The position numbers and the translations under genes are program-made. Positions 18,507 to 28,117 of a DNA stretch of 64,000 bases are shown piece after piece. Under the pieces are notes generated by a model. That model searched no databases. It was not told the DNA's origin and saw only the letters and a program-made list of their open reading frames with translations. Position 1 is the first letter of the stretch, and each line of letters begins with the position of its first letter. The stretch covers positions 30,754 to 94,753 of the forward strand of contig JARIGO010000022.1 in the NCBI GenBank assembly GCA_029288805.1. Direction: 5' to 3'. The stretch comes from Candidatus Nomurabacteria bacterium (GTDB taxonomy: Bacteria > Patescibacteriota > Minisyncoccia > Phycocordibacterales > UBA9973).

Positions 18507-19877
18507 ATGAAACTCTATAACACCAAATCTCGTTCAATTGAAGAATTCACGCCGCTTACGGACGGTATTGTCACCATGTATGCCTGCGGTCCTACAGTCT
18601 ATGACTATACACACATTGGTCATATGAAGAAGTACATTGGCGATGATGTATTGCGTCGCACGCTGACGTTGCTCGGATATGACGTGAAGCATGTCATGAA
18701 TGTCACCGATGTGGGCCACCTCAGTGACGACGGAGACGAAGGTGAGGACAAGCTTGAAAAAGGAGCAAAAAAAGAAGGCAAGACCGTATGGGACATTGCA
18801 GCGTTTTATACTGACTATTTCCATAATACGATGAACGCCGTAAACGTTCTTCCTCCTACCATTGAAGCGAAGGCTACTGACCATATCACAGAAATGATTG
18901 CCTTGGTTGAAAAGCTTGTAGCTGAAGGCATTGCATACGAAACTGCGCATGCTATTTATTTTGATGTTACAAAGGATCCTCACTACGGTGAGCTGTCAGG
19001 TCAGAAGCTCAGTGAAAAGGAAACTGCGGCTCGTGACGATGTCGTTATCGATCCTGACAAGAAAAATCCTGCCGACTTTTCACTCTGGTTCAAGCGTGTT
19101 GGCAAGTTCGCTGACCATGCCATGTACTGGCCTTCTCCATGGGGTGACGGCTTTCCTGGTTGGCACATTGAATGTTCTGCAATGGCCATGCACTATCTTG
19201 GCGAGACTATTGATATTCACACTGGTGGTATTGATCACGTACCGGTGCACCATGAAAATGAAATCGCGCAAAGTGAATGTGCGACCCACAAGCAGTTTGT
19301 CCGATACTGGGTACATCACGACTTCCTAAACGTTGAAGGCGAAAAAATGTCGAAGAGTAAGCAGAACTTTTATACTATCGAAGACATCGTAGCACGAAAG
19401 ATCAATCCTCTTGCCACTCGTCTCATGTTCATGCAGACAAGCTACCGTAAGCCCATGAACTTCACCTGGGATTCATTGGATACCGTTAACCAGCAGTTTA
19501 AGAAGTTACAGAAATTTGCGGCCCATCATGACACTGTGGGCACTATTAGCGAGACATACAAAGCTGCCTTTATCGATGGACTGAGTGATGACCTAAATAC
19601 TGCTAAAGCCATTGCAACCATGTGGGAACTGCTTGGCGACAATACCATTTCGGAAGAAGACAAATGGGCAACACTTTTGATGTTTGATACCGTACTTGGC
19701 TTGCAGCTTGATCAAGTTGAGAAGTTCAGCATTTCCGAAGAAGCATCATTGCTTGTTGAAGCTCGCGACAAGGCTCGTGCAGAAAAAAACTACGCCGAGT
19801 CTGATGAATTCCGCAGACAGCTCGAAGGCTTAGGATATGAAGTCCTAGATACCGCCGAAGGTACAAAGCTACAATAA
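18507..19877 (+). CDS. cysS: cysteinyl-tRNA synthetase
   Basis: MYACGPTVYDYTHIGHMKKYI at the HIGH region, KMSKS, and a Zn-binding Cys. Start set at MKLYNT, directly after the preceding stop. Confidence 0.9.
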   Translation: MKLYNTKSRSIEEFTPLTDGIVTMYACGPTVYDYTHIGHMKKYIGDDVLRRTLTLLGYDVKHVMNVTDVGHLSDDGDEGEDKLEKGAKKEGKTVWDIAAFYTDYFHNTMNAVNVLPPTIEAKATDHITEMIALVEKLVAEGIAYETAHAIYFDVTKDPHYGELSGQKLSEKETAARDDVVIDPDKKNPADFSLWFKRVGKFADHAMYWPSPWGDGFPGWHIECSAMAMHYLGETIDIHTGGIDHVPVHHENEIAQSECATHKQFVRYWVHHDFLNVEGEKMSKSKQNFYTIEDIVARKINPLATRLMFMQTSYRKPMNFTWDSLDTVNQQFKKLQKFAAHHDTVGTISETYKAAFIDGLSDDLNTAKAIATMWELLGDNTISEEDKWATLLMFDTVLGLQLDQVEKFSISEEASLLVEARDKARAEKNYAESDEFRRQLEGLGYEVLDTAEGTKLQ

Positions 19878-19879
19878 GA

Positions 19880-19912
19880 AAAGACCCTCGTACAAAGTAC
19901 AGGGTCTTTTTG
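19880..19912. terminator. bidirectional terminator between cysS and the 19913-20479 gene
   Basis: AAGACCCT-cgtacaaagtac-AGGGTCTT hairpin followed by TTTTG. Confidence 0.65.
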
Positions 19913-20479
19913 TTAGGCAGCTATATGCCTTAATTCATCATAAATGTCCGGAGCAACCTCTTGAACAGCGGCTTCCCAGGCTTTTACCACTTCCGTTTCG
20001 GCGGCATAATGCTGTTTTGAAAAGTTAAACACCCTGAAAAAGTTATACTTCATATCTTCGGGATAGTTTCTCAAAGAGAGCATCGTGCGGCTGAACATTT
20101 TTTGAGTAGCAAATGCCTCAATGGCAGTTTGTGGATAGCCCATAAATGCTCCATACAAACGATGGTAATGGCTTTTAACAGAAGTTACCTTTGAACCTTC
20201 CTCAACAAGTTTGTAGAAATTTACCATGTTTTCGTAGGTATCGCTGATGCAAACGGTCGCCCTATAAGCGTCACTTACGTTCTTTTCCTTTTTTAGGCAA
20301 TCGCAATGCAACCCAATGGTTCTAAGGGTTCTGAGAACATGGAGCGCAGGATCGTTGTAGGAAAACAAATCAAGTTCCACGCCTGAGCGATATCCTAACA
20401 GCAGTAATACAATCATGGCTTTAGGCTGAGATCCAATGCTTAGGTTCTGCAATAGCTGAATTTTTTCTTTAGTTGTCAT
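19913..20479 (-). CDS. hypothetical protein
   Basis: 188 aa and soluble, with no recognisable motif. Wedged between cysS and lysS. Confidence 0.45.
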   Translation of the reverse strand: MTTKEKIQLLQNLSIGSQPKAMIVLLLLGYRSGVELDLFSYNDPALHVLRTLRTIGLHCDCLKKEKNVSDAYRATVCISDTYENMVNFYKLVEEGSKVTSVKSHYHRLYGAFMGYPQTAIEAFATQKMFSRTMLSLRNYPEDMKYNFFRVFNFSKQHYAAETEVVKAWEAAVQEVAPDIYDELRHIAA

Positions 20480-20521
20480 GGGATATAATTTTTCCCAATT
20501 TTACCTCATTTACACGATATG

Positions 20522-21991
20522 TCAATTATCTTGACGTGGCTTGAGTAGCGGAAAGAGCTGTGTCTCGCGAAGTGGCTTGTCCACCAAAAAAGCAAAGAAT
20601 CGTTCCCCGCCAATACCAAATCCAAAGGCTGGAGGCATGCCGTGTTCAAGCATCTCCACAAATTCATCATCTGACATCATGGCCTCTTCATCCCCTGACT
20701 CAATGAGTTGTTTTTGCAATGCAAAGCGTTCTGCCTGGTCCACTGGATCGTTTAATTCTGAGAAGCCATTGGTACATTCCGCACCCGCCAGGATAAGTTG
20801 TACACGTTCCGTAAGAAGTGGGTTTTCGGGCTTGGCTTTTGCCAATGGAGATACAAGCTTTGGCACGTCAATAAGCCATGCTGGTCCACTAATTTGCTTA
20901 CGGCAGTATTTCCATAATGTATCGGTTAGACGTTCTTTATTAGCTCCCTTATAGCTCACGCCAAGCTCTGCGAGTTTCGCCTTCATTTCATCTTCGGTCG
21001 CTTCAAGAACATTGATTCCAGTTTTTTCCAACACAATATCTACGTATGAAATGCGAGGCCATTCTGGAGCAGAAAGATCAAAAGAATGTCCGCGAGTATT
21101 GAATTGCAATGTACCGAATGTCTGTTCCACTACCGTCTTAAGCATACGCTCTGTAAACTCAATGCCTTTATTGTAATCCATGTACGCTGCATAAAATTCC
21201 ATGTTGGTGAATTCTTGCAAATGCTCTGGACTGGAACCTTCGTTACGGTAGACACGACCGATTTCAAACACTTTTGGAAAACCGGCTGCTAGTAAACGTT
21301 TCTGCCATAATTCACCTACTGAAATACGCATGTACACATCCATATCAAAGTCATTATGATGTGCTTGAAATGGTCGCGCTTCTGCCCCACCGGTTGTGAC
21401 TTCAAGCGTTGGTGTTTCTACTTCCAGGAAGTCTTCATTAATCAAAAAATTGCGAATGCTCTGCCAAAACTTTGCCTTCTTGATAAACATGTCACGCAAG
21501 TCAGTGTTTTGGAGAATATCCAAGTATCGCTTCCGGTAGCGCTCATCATCATCCTTCAGGCCATACCATGCATCAGGAATAGGACGAAGACTTTTTGTCA
21601 GCATCTTCCAATCCTGCACAAAGATACTTTGCGCGCCCCGCTGGGTGGTATATGCAGTACCGATCACTTCCACGAAGTCACCGATGTCTACAGTATCAAC
21701 AAATAAATCATAAATGGACTTATCCATTTCATCAGCCTTAAAGAATGCCTGGATTTTGCCAGTACCATCATAGATATCACAAAACGTAATGCCGCCCTGG
21801 CCACGCTTGCTCATGATACGTCCTGCCAATGTAACAATATCCTTGCCTGATTCATACAAGTTGAATCGGTCAATAAACAACGCAATGGTGTCAGTGCGAT
21901 GTGTTTCAGCTGGATATGGATTAATGCCCTGTTCTTCCAATAACGCTTTCTTTTTCAGACGATCTGCCCGGAGTTCTTCTAGTGATGCCAT
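20522..21991 (-). CDS. lysS: lysyl-tRNA synthetase, class II
   Basis: 489 aa. N-terminal OB fold (AGRIMSKRGQGGITFCDIYDGTGKIQ) and class II motifs including FEIGRVYRNEG. Confidence 0.92.
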   Translation of the reverse strand: MASLEELRADRLKKKALLEEQGINPYPAETHRTDTIALFIDRFNLYESGKDIVTLAGRIMSKRGQGGITFCDIYDGTGKIQAFFKADEMDKSIYDLFVDTVDIGDFVEVIGTAYTTQRGAQSIFVQDWKMLTKSLRPIPDAWYGLKDDDERYRKRYLDILQNTDLRDMFIKKAKFWQSIRNFLINEDFLEVETPTLEVTTGGAEARPFQAHHNDFDMDVYMRISVGELWQKRLLAAGFPKVFEIGRVYRNEGSSPEHLQEFTNMEFYAAYMDYNKGIEFTERMLKTVVEQTFGTLQFNTRGHSFDLSAPEWPRISYVDIVLEKTGINVLEATEDEMKAKLAELGVSYKGANKERLTDTLWKYCRKQISGPAWLIDVPKLVSPLAKAKPENPLLTERVQLILAGAECTNGFSELNDPVDQAERFALQKQLIESGDEEAMMSDDEFVEMLEHGMPPAFGFGIGGERFFAFLVDKPLRETQLFPLLKPRQDN

Positions 21992-22006
21992 ATGGTACTC
22001 AGTATA

Positions 22007-23074
22007 CTATATTCCTTCCTTTTTTAGTTCCTCTATCACCTCCTTGGCATGTTTGGAAAGTTTTTCCGGCAAGGTAATGTTCAACTTCACGATGAAGTTT
22101 CCTCGTTTTGAACCATGAGGTACGCCAAAATGTTTCAACACTACCGTGTCGCCAATCTTAGTACCAGCAGGTACGGCAACAGTCTGCTGACCATCTAATG
22201 TTTCAACTGCATAGGTTGCTCCCAGCAATGCGTCAGTAAGCTTAATAGAAAGCGTGCTGGTAAGGTCGTTTCCATTGCGAACAATTGTCTTATGAGGTGT
22301 CACTGAAACACGGACGTACAAATCTCCTGATGGGCCGCCTTTGATAGCCTCACCCATACCTTGCAAGCGAAGTGTCTCACCGTTTTGAATGCCGGCAGGT
22401 ACTGACACCTTGATAGTGCGAGGTTCATTTACGACACCCTTACCCTTACATGTCTGACATGCTTCATCGGGAATCTTTCCAGTACCGTCACACTTATTAC
22501 AAATCTGTGTAGTAGCAATAGAGCCGAGAATGGTACGCTGTACGCTTTTTACTACACCGTTACCATTACACTGATCACAGGTGTGAAGCTTGGTGCCAGG
22601 CTTTGCGCCATCACCATGACAGGTATTACACGTTGAGGGCTTGGTAATGCGAAGTTCCTTTTCAACGCCAAAGATGGACTCCTTGAAGTCGAGCGCAATG
22701 CTGGTTTGCAAATCCGCACCACGACGATTCTTGGCACGACGACTGCCGCCACCAAACATCTCTCCGAAAATATCGCCCATATCAAAACCGAATCCACCAT
22801 CCTGTGTGAACTGTGAGAAATCAAACCCATCAAAGCCGCCACTGTATCCGCCTCCACCCATTTGTGGTCCCGCGGATCCAAACTGGTCGTACTGAGCGCG
22901 CTTGTTGTCATCAGACAGTATCTGATACGCCTCATTCACTTCTTTGAATTTCTTGTCATCACCGCCATTTTTATCAGGGTGATGCTTATGAGCAAGCTTG
23001 TGAAAAGCCTTTTTGATCTCTTCTTTTGAAGCCTTTTTTTCCACTCCCAAAATATTGTAATAGTCTTTACCCAT
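22007..23074 (-). CDS. dnaJ: chaperone DnaJ
   Basis: J domain (DYYNILGV...HPDKN), G/F-rich linker, and four CxxCxGxG zinc-finger repeats. TATAAT sits 7 nt upstream of the ATG. Confidence 0.92.
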   Translation of the reverse strand: MGKDYYNILGVEKKASKEEIKKAFHKLAHKHHPDKNGGDDKKFKEVNEAYQILSDDNKRAQYDQFGSAGPQMGGGGYSGGFDGFDFSQFTQDGGFGFDMGDIFGEMFGGGSRRAKNRRGADLQTSIALDFKESIFGVEKELRITKPSTCNTCHGDGAKPGTKLHTCDQCNGNGVVKSVQRTILGSIATTQICNKCDGTGKIPDEACQTCKGKGVVNEPRTIKVSVPAGIQNGETLRLQGMGEAIKGGPSGDLYVRVSVTPHKTIVRNGNDLTSTLSIKLTDALLGATYAVETLDGQQTVAVPAGTKIGDTVVLKHFGVPHGSKRGNFIVKLNITLPEKLSKHAKEVIEELKKEGI

Positions 23075-23245
23075 ATGTCTAATTATACCATGCAAAACAG
23101 CCGCTAAATGCGGCCGTTTTGCGAGATTTAGCTAATAAGTACGTATTATCGGTGTCGAAGAGAAACTGTCTTCCCTTCTGCCTTTCGCTTTTTCTTTGCA
23201 GCTACTTTGCGCTTCTTGTTCATAGTGCGAACACTATATCACAGA

Positions 23246-25132
23246 CTAGGCAGAAGCGGTAGTGTCTTCTGCGGCCGCATCCTTTGCTTCTCCCTCTGAA
23301 GCCTGCCCTTCCGCTGGCTGAGATTCAGCATTTTGCTTATTCATGTATTCACCGATCTTCTGCATTTCAGTTGAAAGCTCGTGAATCTTTGCCTCGATAG
23401 CCGCCTTGTCTGTACCGTCCTTTGTAGTGCGAAGCTCGGCGATTTTTGCATTCACGCCCGTCTTAATATCTTCAGGAATCTTGTCCGCATTATCCTGTAA
23501 TGCCTTTTCTGCAGTGAAGATATTCATGTCCGCAGTGTTCTTCACGTCAGCAAGCATTTTCTTTTCCTCATCTTCCTTGGCATGCAGTTCCGCATCCTTC
23601 TTCATGCGTTCGATATCATCCGGAGTAAGACCTGATGATGCTTCGATACGAATGGTCTGTTCCTTGCCGGAAGCCTTATCAAGTGCCTTCACGTTCAAGA
23701 TACCGTTAGCGTCAACATCGAATGACACTTCAATCTGTGGCATGCCGCGTGGTGCTGGTGGAATACCATCAAGCACAAAGCGTCCCAAGGACTTATTGTC
23801 AGCCGCCATCGGACGTTCACCCTGCACAATGTGAATTTCCACACTGGTTTGGTTGTCTGAAGCGGTTGAGAAGACCTGTGACTTTGATGACGGGATAGTT
23901 GTATTGCGTTCAATCAGTTTTGTCGCAACATTTCCCATGGTTTCAATACCGAGTGAAAGCGGAATAACATCCAAGAGCAAGACATCCTTCACGTCACCTT
24001 GCAATACACCGGCCTGAACAGCGGCACCGAGTGCTACCACTTCATCAGGGTTAATAGTGAGGTTTGGTTCCTTACCGAAGTACTTCTTCACTTCTTCAAC
24101 GATTTTTGGCATGCGAGTCTGGCCACCAACCAAAATTACTTCGTTGATGTCTGCAATCTTAAATCCAGACGCATCAAGTGCACGCTTTGTGATTTCGATA
24201 GAGCGAGTCACGAATTCTTCAGCCAATGATTCAAGCTGAGCGCGAGTCATTTTGATGAGCAAGTGCTGAGGTCCTGCATCAGTAGAAGTAATGAATGGAA
24301 TGTTGATTTCAGTTTCAAGCGTTGTTGAAAGTTCGATCTTTGCCTTTTCTGCCGCCTCATCAAGACGCTGCAATGCAAGCGGGTCACCCATGACATCAAT
24401 ACCGCTTTGCTTCTTGAATTCACCAGCGATCCAATTCATGATCTTCAAGTCGATATCACGACCGCCCATCATAGAGTCACCGTCAGTAGACTTCACTTCG
24501 ATGACATCATCAGACACTTCAAGAACGGATACGTCGAACGTACCTCCACCAAGGTCGAAGATCACGATCTTTTCATCCTTCTTTGTGTTCAGACCGTATG
24601 CGAGTGCAGCCGCTGTTGGTTCGTTGATGATACGCTTCACATCGAGACCGGCAATAGCTCCGGCATCCTTTGTTGCCTTACGCTGTGCATCGTCGAAGTA
24701 TGCAGGCACGGTGATGATAGCTTCGGTGATTTTCTCACCAAGCTTCGCTTCCACGTCTGCTTTGATCTTTTGCAGGATCATGGCAGATACTTCTTCGGGA
24801 CGGTAATTCTTATCGCCAAGCTTTACTAGAATGCCCCCATCAGGCCCTTTTGAAACCTGAAATGGAGAAGTCTTGATAACTTTATCCATGCCATGGTCGT
24901 CATACTTGTGACCCATGAAGCGCTTAATACCATAAATAGTATTCTGCGGATTGGTAATAGCCTGACGCTTTGCGAGCAAGCCAACAAGAATGTCGCCGTT
25001 CTTACCTTGCGCCACAATAGAAGGCGTTGTGCGTGCCCCTTCAATATTTTCAATAATTTTTGGCTGTCCACCTTCAATGATGGCAACAGCTGAGTTTGTA
25101 GTTCCTAAGTCAATTCCGATTATTTTAGCCAT
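23246..25132 (-). CDS. dnaK: chaperone DnaK (Hsp70)
   Basis: 628 aa. [18 protein letters not shown] and all Hsp70 signatures are present. Confidence 0.97.
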   Translation of the reverse strand: MAKIIGIDLGTTNSAVAIIEGGQPKIIENIEGARTTPSIVAQGKNGDILVGLLAKRQAITNPQNTIYGIKRFMGHKYDDHGMDKVIKTSPFQVSKGPDGGILVKLGDKNYRPEEVSAMILQKIKADVEAKLGEKITEAIITVPAYFDDAQRKATKDAGAIAGLDVKRIINEPTAAALAYGLNTKKDEKIVIFDLGGGTFDVSVLEVSDDVIEVKSTDGDSMMGGRDIDLKIMNWIAGEFKKQSGIDVMGDPLALQRLDEAAEKAKIELSTTLETEINIPFITSTDAGPQHLLIKMTRAQLESLAEEFVTRSIEITKRALDASGFKIADINEVILVGGQTRMPKIVEEVKKYFGKEPNLTINPDEVVALGAAVQAGVLQGDVKDVLLLDVIPLSLGIETMGNVATKLIERNTTIPSSKSQVFSTASDNQTSVEIHIVQGERPMAADNKSLGRFVLDGIPPAPRGMPQIEVSFDVDANGILNVKALDKASGKEQTIRIEASSGLTPDDIERMKKDAELHAKEDEEKKMLADVKNTADMNIFTAEKALQDNADKIPEDIKTGVNAKIAELRTTKDGTDKAAIEAKIHELSTEMQKIGEYMNKQNAESQPAEGQASEGEAKDAAAEDTTASA

Positions 25133-25218
25133 ATTATGTTTAAAGAATTACGTTATTAATTTCAGTTTAAATTCAGTACTAATCTGTATTTCCTAAGTCA
25201 GTCCTTTCTATTGAATTT

Positions 25219-25259
25219 ACAAGTATAACGTAGTTATACTTGTATTCCGCGATCGCGAA
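25219..25259. promoter_or_regulatory. two adjacent palindromic operator-like sites in the dnaK / PaaX-like divergent intergenic region
   Basis: A 25-bp perfect inverted repeat ACAAGTATAACGtAGTTATACTTGT at 25219-25243, then a CCGCGATCGCGG-like palindrome at 25246-25259. Neither matches CIRCE or HAIR consensus. Confidence 0.4.
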
Positions 25260-25303
25260 ATACATGTTGATAGTATACCAATCTTCTGATACTATGCAAG
25301 TAT

Positions 25304-25849
25304 ATGGAACAGAGAAAACCCAAACCAAACTATTCAAAGAGAATATTGGCTCTTTTGGGTAACAAACCTGCTATTTCTATAGCCGATTTAGAGGAAAATC
25401 TTATATCCTCGCTCACGCTATCTAATGCTAAGCATGCGCTAAAGCGCTCGCTTAGAGGCCTAGAAGAGGCAGGATTGATCGAAACCCACCATTCTGGACA
25501 GCAGACCTATTCCCGCCTGACGCGTGAAGGTAAACGCAAGGCATACAGCATTAGTCTGGATCATGAAAATACCGTTTTTAACCCGGCATGGGACGGCAAA
25601 TGGCGCATTGTCCTGCTCGACCTTTCCGAAGACCGCAAATCAGAACGCGAAGGCCTCCGTTATCTCCTCAAAAAAGCCGGCTTTATGTTGCTCAAAAATT
25701 CTGTTTGGATCTCCCCGTATCCGTTCGAGCATCTTTTTATGAACATCAAAAAAGACCTCGGGCTAACAACAGAACTAATGATCTTTGTGACAGATACATT
25801 AGACCCGGAAACAGAAGCAGCCTTTACTGAATTATTAAATCGTCTGTAA
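25304..25849 (+). CDS. compact PaaX-like winged-helix transcriptional regulator
   Basis: 181 aa. The N-terminal wHTH (RILALLGNKPAISIADL...LEEAGLIETHHSGQQTYSRLTREGKRKA) and the C-terminal WDGKWRIVLLDLSEDRKSEREGLRYLLKKAGFMLLKNSVWISPYP match the PaaX N- and C-domains. Confidence 0.5.
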   Translation: MEQRKPKPNYSKRILALLGNKPAISIADLEENLISSLTLSNAKHALKRSLRGLEEAGLIETHHSGQQTYSRLTREGKRKAYSISLDHENTVFNPAWDGKWRIVLLDLSEDRKSEREGLRYLLKKAGFMLLKNSVWISPYPFEHLFMNIKKDLGLTTELMIFVTDTLDPETEAAFTELLNRL

Positions 25850-25923
25850 CAAAAGCGCAACATATGGCGTATGTATCAATATGGGTATACACCCTGTTTT
25901 AGTACTTAATCCAACATACATCT

Positions 25924-26247
25924 ATGTCTACAATAGTAAATAATCCGAATGGAACGAGTGATAATGGAAACGGTCTTGGTGTCCTCTTGGTAATCATTGT
26001 AATTCTTATAGTAGGCTTTCTTATTTACCGATTTGGCTTTGCTTCAAGCAGAACATCAGCTACGCCGTCTACCATTAATGTCAGCGTTCCTGACAACTCT
26101 AGTGGCAACGGATCCGGCGGAAGCTCCCCTGCCCAGCCGCAGAGTAGTACCACTACCACACAGCAAACCAGCACTCAGCCTTCGACTTCAAATCCAGCAC
26201 AGCAGACCAACAGCACTTCAAGTAGCACAACTACCACTACGCACTAA
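25924..26247 (+). CDS. hypothetical membrane-anchored Ser/Thr/Gln/Pro-rich low-complexity protein
   Basis: 107 aa. One TM helix (LGVLLVIIVILIVGFLIY) followed by an S/T/Q-rich tail. Confidence 0.4.
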   Translation: MSTIVNNPNGTSDNGNGLGVLLVIIVILIVGFLIYRFGFASSRTSATPSTINVSVPDNSSGNGSGGSSPAQPQSSTTTTQQTSTQPSTSNPAQQTNSTSSSTTTTTH

Positions 26248-26257
26248 TCACCAGAAT

Positions 26258-26293
26258 AAAAATCTCCGAGAGTTTAACTCTCGGAGATTTTTA
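26258..26293. terminator. bidirectional terminator between the 25924-26247 gene and grpE
   Basis: ATCTCCGAGAGTT-taa-CTCTCGGAGAT hairpin followed by TTTTTAT. Confidence 0.7.
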
Positions 26294-26297
26294 TATG

Positions 26298-26918
26298 CTA
26301 TTTAACTTTATATACTGACACTCTCGCTGCTCGCAATACGGTATTGCCCAATTTGTACCCCTGCTGCAAGACTGCAGAGATTTTGTGTTCGAGTAATGCG
26401 TCAGTGGTTTCTGTTTCAGACACTGCTTCATGAAGCGCAGGATCAAAGGTTTCCCCTACCGCACCAAAGGCTGTGAAGTTACGATCCTTCAATACCGTCA
26501 TAAGCTGCTGATAGATGTATTCCACACCAGTGCGCCAGTTAGCATCAACTTTCTCCCATGCTTCCTTATTGCTCATAGCCATAGAGAAACTATCGACAAC
26601 CGGTATCAATTCCTCAATAAAATTTTCCTCTATCAAGCCGCGCATGCGCTTACGATCCTCTTCCTGGCTTTTCTGCAGGTTGGCATAGTCCGCACGTGAA
26701 CGCTGCCAGCCATCCAGGTACTCCTGCTTTTCTTTTGTAAGCAGAGCGATTTTTTCTCTGAGATCCTTCGTCTTCTTGGCACCTCCGAGGGCATTTCCCT
26801 CCTCATCGCTCGCCTCAAATACCATATCCGCATCCTGGTCAATTTCCGTATGGGTAGCCACGTTTGGCGCCTCAATCTCGTCTGATTGCACTACTGAATT
26901 GTATTCATCGTCTTTCAT
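26298..26918 (-). CDS. grpE: nucleotide exchange factor GrpE
   Basis: GrpE C-terminal signature (LIPVVDSF ... QQGYKLGNTVLRAARVSVYK). Start moved to MKDDEYN because a TATAAT box lies 7 nt upstream of that ATG, inside the longer caller ORF. Confidence 0.85.
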   Translation of the reverse strand: MKDDEYNSVVQSDEIEAPNVATHTEIDQDADMVFEASDEEGNALGGAKKTKDLREKIALLTKEKQEYLDGWQRSRADYANLQKSQEEDRKRMRGLIEENFIEELIPVVDSFSMAMSNKEAWEKVDANWRTGVEYIYQQLMTVLKDRNFTAFGAVGETFDPALHEAVSETETTDALLEHKISAVLQQGYKLGNTVLRAARVSVYKVK

Positions 26919-26925
26919 ATGGTTG

Positions 26926-26931
26926 ATTATA
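26926..26931 (-). promoter_or_regulatory. -10 box (TATAAT) 7 nt upstream of the grpE ATG
   Basis: Minus-strand sequence ttttgTATAATcaaccatATG. Confidence 0.4.
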
Positions 26932-26940
26932 CAAAAAAGC

Positions 26941-26990
26941 ACAAACAAAAACACCCCTTTCGGGATGTTGTTTGTTTTTAACGCTTTGAC
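26941..26990 (-). terminator. terminator of the rpsI-containing r-protein transcript
   Basis: Minus-strand RNA ACAUCCC-GAAA-GGGGUGU stem with a tetraloop, followed by UUUUUGUUUGU. Sits just upstream of the grpE promoter. Confidence 0.4.
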
Positions 26991-27376
26991 CACTGTGGGG
27001 CCTTGCGAGCTTTCTTGAGACCGAACTTGCGGCGTTCCTTTGAACGAGGATCGCGCTTGAGGAATCCTTCCTGCTTGAGCTTTGTCTTGTCAGACTCATC
27101 CTCTACAACGAGAGCACGAGCGAGACCGTGACGTACAGCTTCTGCTTGAGAGTGGATACCACTGCCCTTTACGTGTACAGATACAGCGTATGCCTTATCT
27201 GCAATCTTGAAAGGATCAGTAACGATCTTTTGCAATTCTTCTGTTGGGAAGTATGTAGCAAGATCCTTATCGTTGATCACATAGCTGGCCTTGGTAGCTG
27301 CACTGATGCGTACGCGTGCAGTTGCAGTCTTACGTCGTCCAATTGTTTCTGTATATTGTTTCTTTGTAGTAGCCAT
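26978..27376 (-). CDS. rpsI: 30S ribosomal protein S9
   Basis: 132 aa. The C-terminal ...KKARKAPQWSKR is the S9 hallmark. Confidence 0.93.
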   Translation of the reverse strand: MATTKKQYTETIGRRKTATARVRISAATKASYVINDKDLATYFPTEELQKIVTDPFKIADKAYAVSVHVKGSGIHSQAEAVRHGLARALVVEDESDKTKLKQEGFLKRDPRSKERRKFGLKKARKAPQWSKR

Positions 27377-27380
27377 AATG

Positions 27381-27725
27381 TTATTCAGTGATAGTGAGAG
27401 CTTTCATCATCCCATTCTTAAGCTTGTTATCAGGAAGCATACCCTTTACGGCAATACTGATTGCTTCTTTGTATCCTTTCTTTTCGACTGTGTGAGCCAT
27501 ACTCAACTGCTTCAAGCCACCTGGATAACCAGAGAATCGGTTATAAAACTTTTCCTGAAGTTTCTTTGGAGAAACCTTAAGCTTGCCTGCGTTGATAACG
27601 GTAACAGTGTTACCTGAAAGCGCATTGCGAGCGAAGTCAGTCTTGTCCTTGCCAATAAGCAAAGCAGCTACTTCTGAAGCGAGACGACCGAGTGATTTGT
27701 TTGTTGCATCAATAGTGTGGTTCAT
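27381..27725 (-). CDS. rplM: 50S ribosomal protein L13
   Basis: IDATNKSLGRLASEVAALL ... matches the L13 N-terminus. Start set at the internal methionine MNHTIDA. Confidence 0.9.
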   Translation of the reverse strand: MNHTIDATNKSLGRLASEVAALLIGKDKTDFARNALSGNTVTVINAGKLKVSPKKLQEKFYNRFSGYPGGLKQLSMAHTVEKKGYKEAISIAVKGMLPDNKLKNGMMKALTITE

Positions 27726-27729
27726 ATAA

Positions 27730-28083
27730 TTATAGGAGTTCAATTAGAGCCATTGGACTTGCATCTTCCTTGCGAGGAGCAAGCTTGACGATACGAGTGT
27801 ATCCACCTGCTCGTTCTGTGTAGCGAGGAGCAATGTCGCTGATAAGCTTACTAACAACAGTTTCGTTGTTGTAAAAACCAGCAAGCAACAAACGGCGAGC
27901 TGCAAGAGTAGGATTCTTGGCCTTAGTAATAAGCTTTTCAATATTTGGGCGGAGTTCCTTTGCCTTTGCTTCAGTAGTCACGATACGACCATGAAGAACA
28001 AGCGAAGCTGCTAGGCCCTTGAGAAGCGCGTGACGCTGATTGCTTGAGCGTCCGAATTTTCGATTGGCATTGTGATGTCTCAT
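27730..28083 (-). CDS. rplQ: 50S ribosomal protein L17
   Basis: MRHHNANRKFGRSSNQRHALLKGLA... is the L17 signature. Confidence 0.93.
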   Translation of the reverse strand: MRHHNANRKFGRSSNQRHALLKGLAASLVLHGRIVTTEAKAKELRPNIEKLITKAKNPTLAARRLLLAGFYNNETVVSKLISDIAPRYTERAGGYTRIVKLAPRKEDASPMALIELL

Positions 28084-28117
28084 AATGGTTTACGTTAAGT
28101 TCCGAGAGTATACGGTA

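Noticed and set aside
25133-25303. Searched for CIRCE (TTAGCACTC-N9-GAGTGCTAA) or HAIR elements upstream of dnaK and grpE
   Set aside because: Not present. Unrelated palindromes were found instead and are reported as a finding.
26919-26993. 25-codon N-terminal extension of grpE (MVKALKTNNIPKGVFLFVLFCIINH)
   Set aside because: A consensus TATAAT -10 box lies inside it, 7 nt before the MKDDEYN methionine. The extension also overlaps the rpsI terminator hairpin, so it is most likely untranslated.
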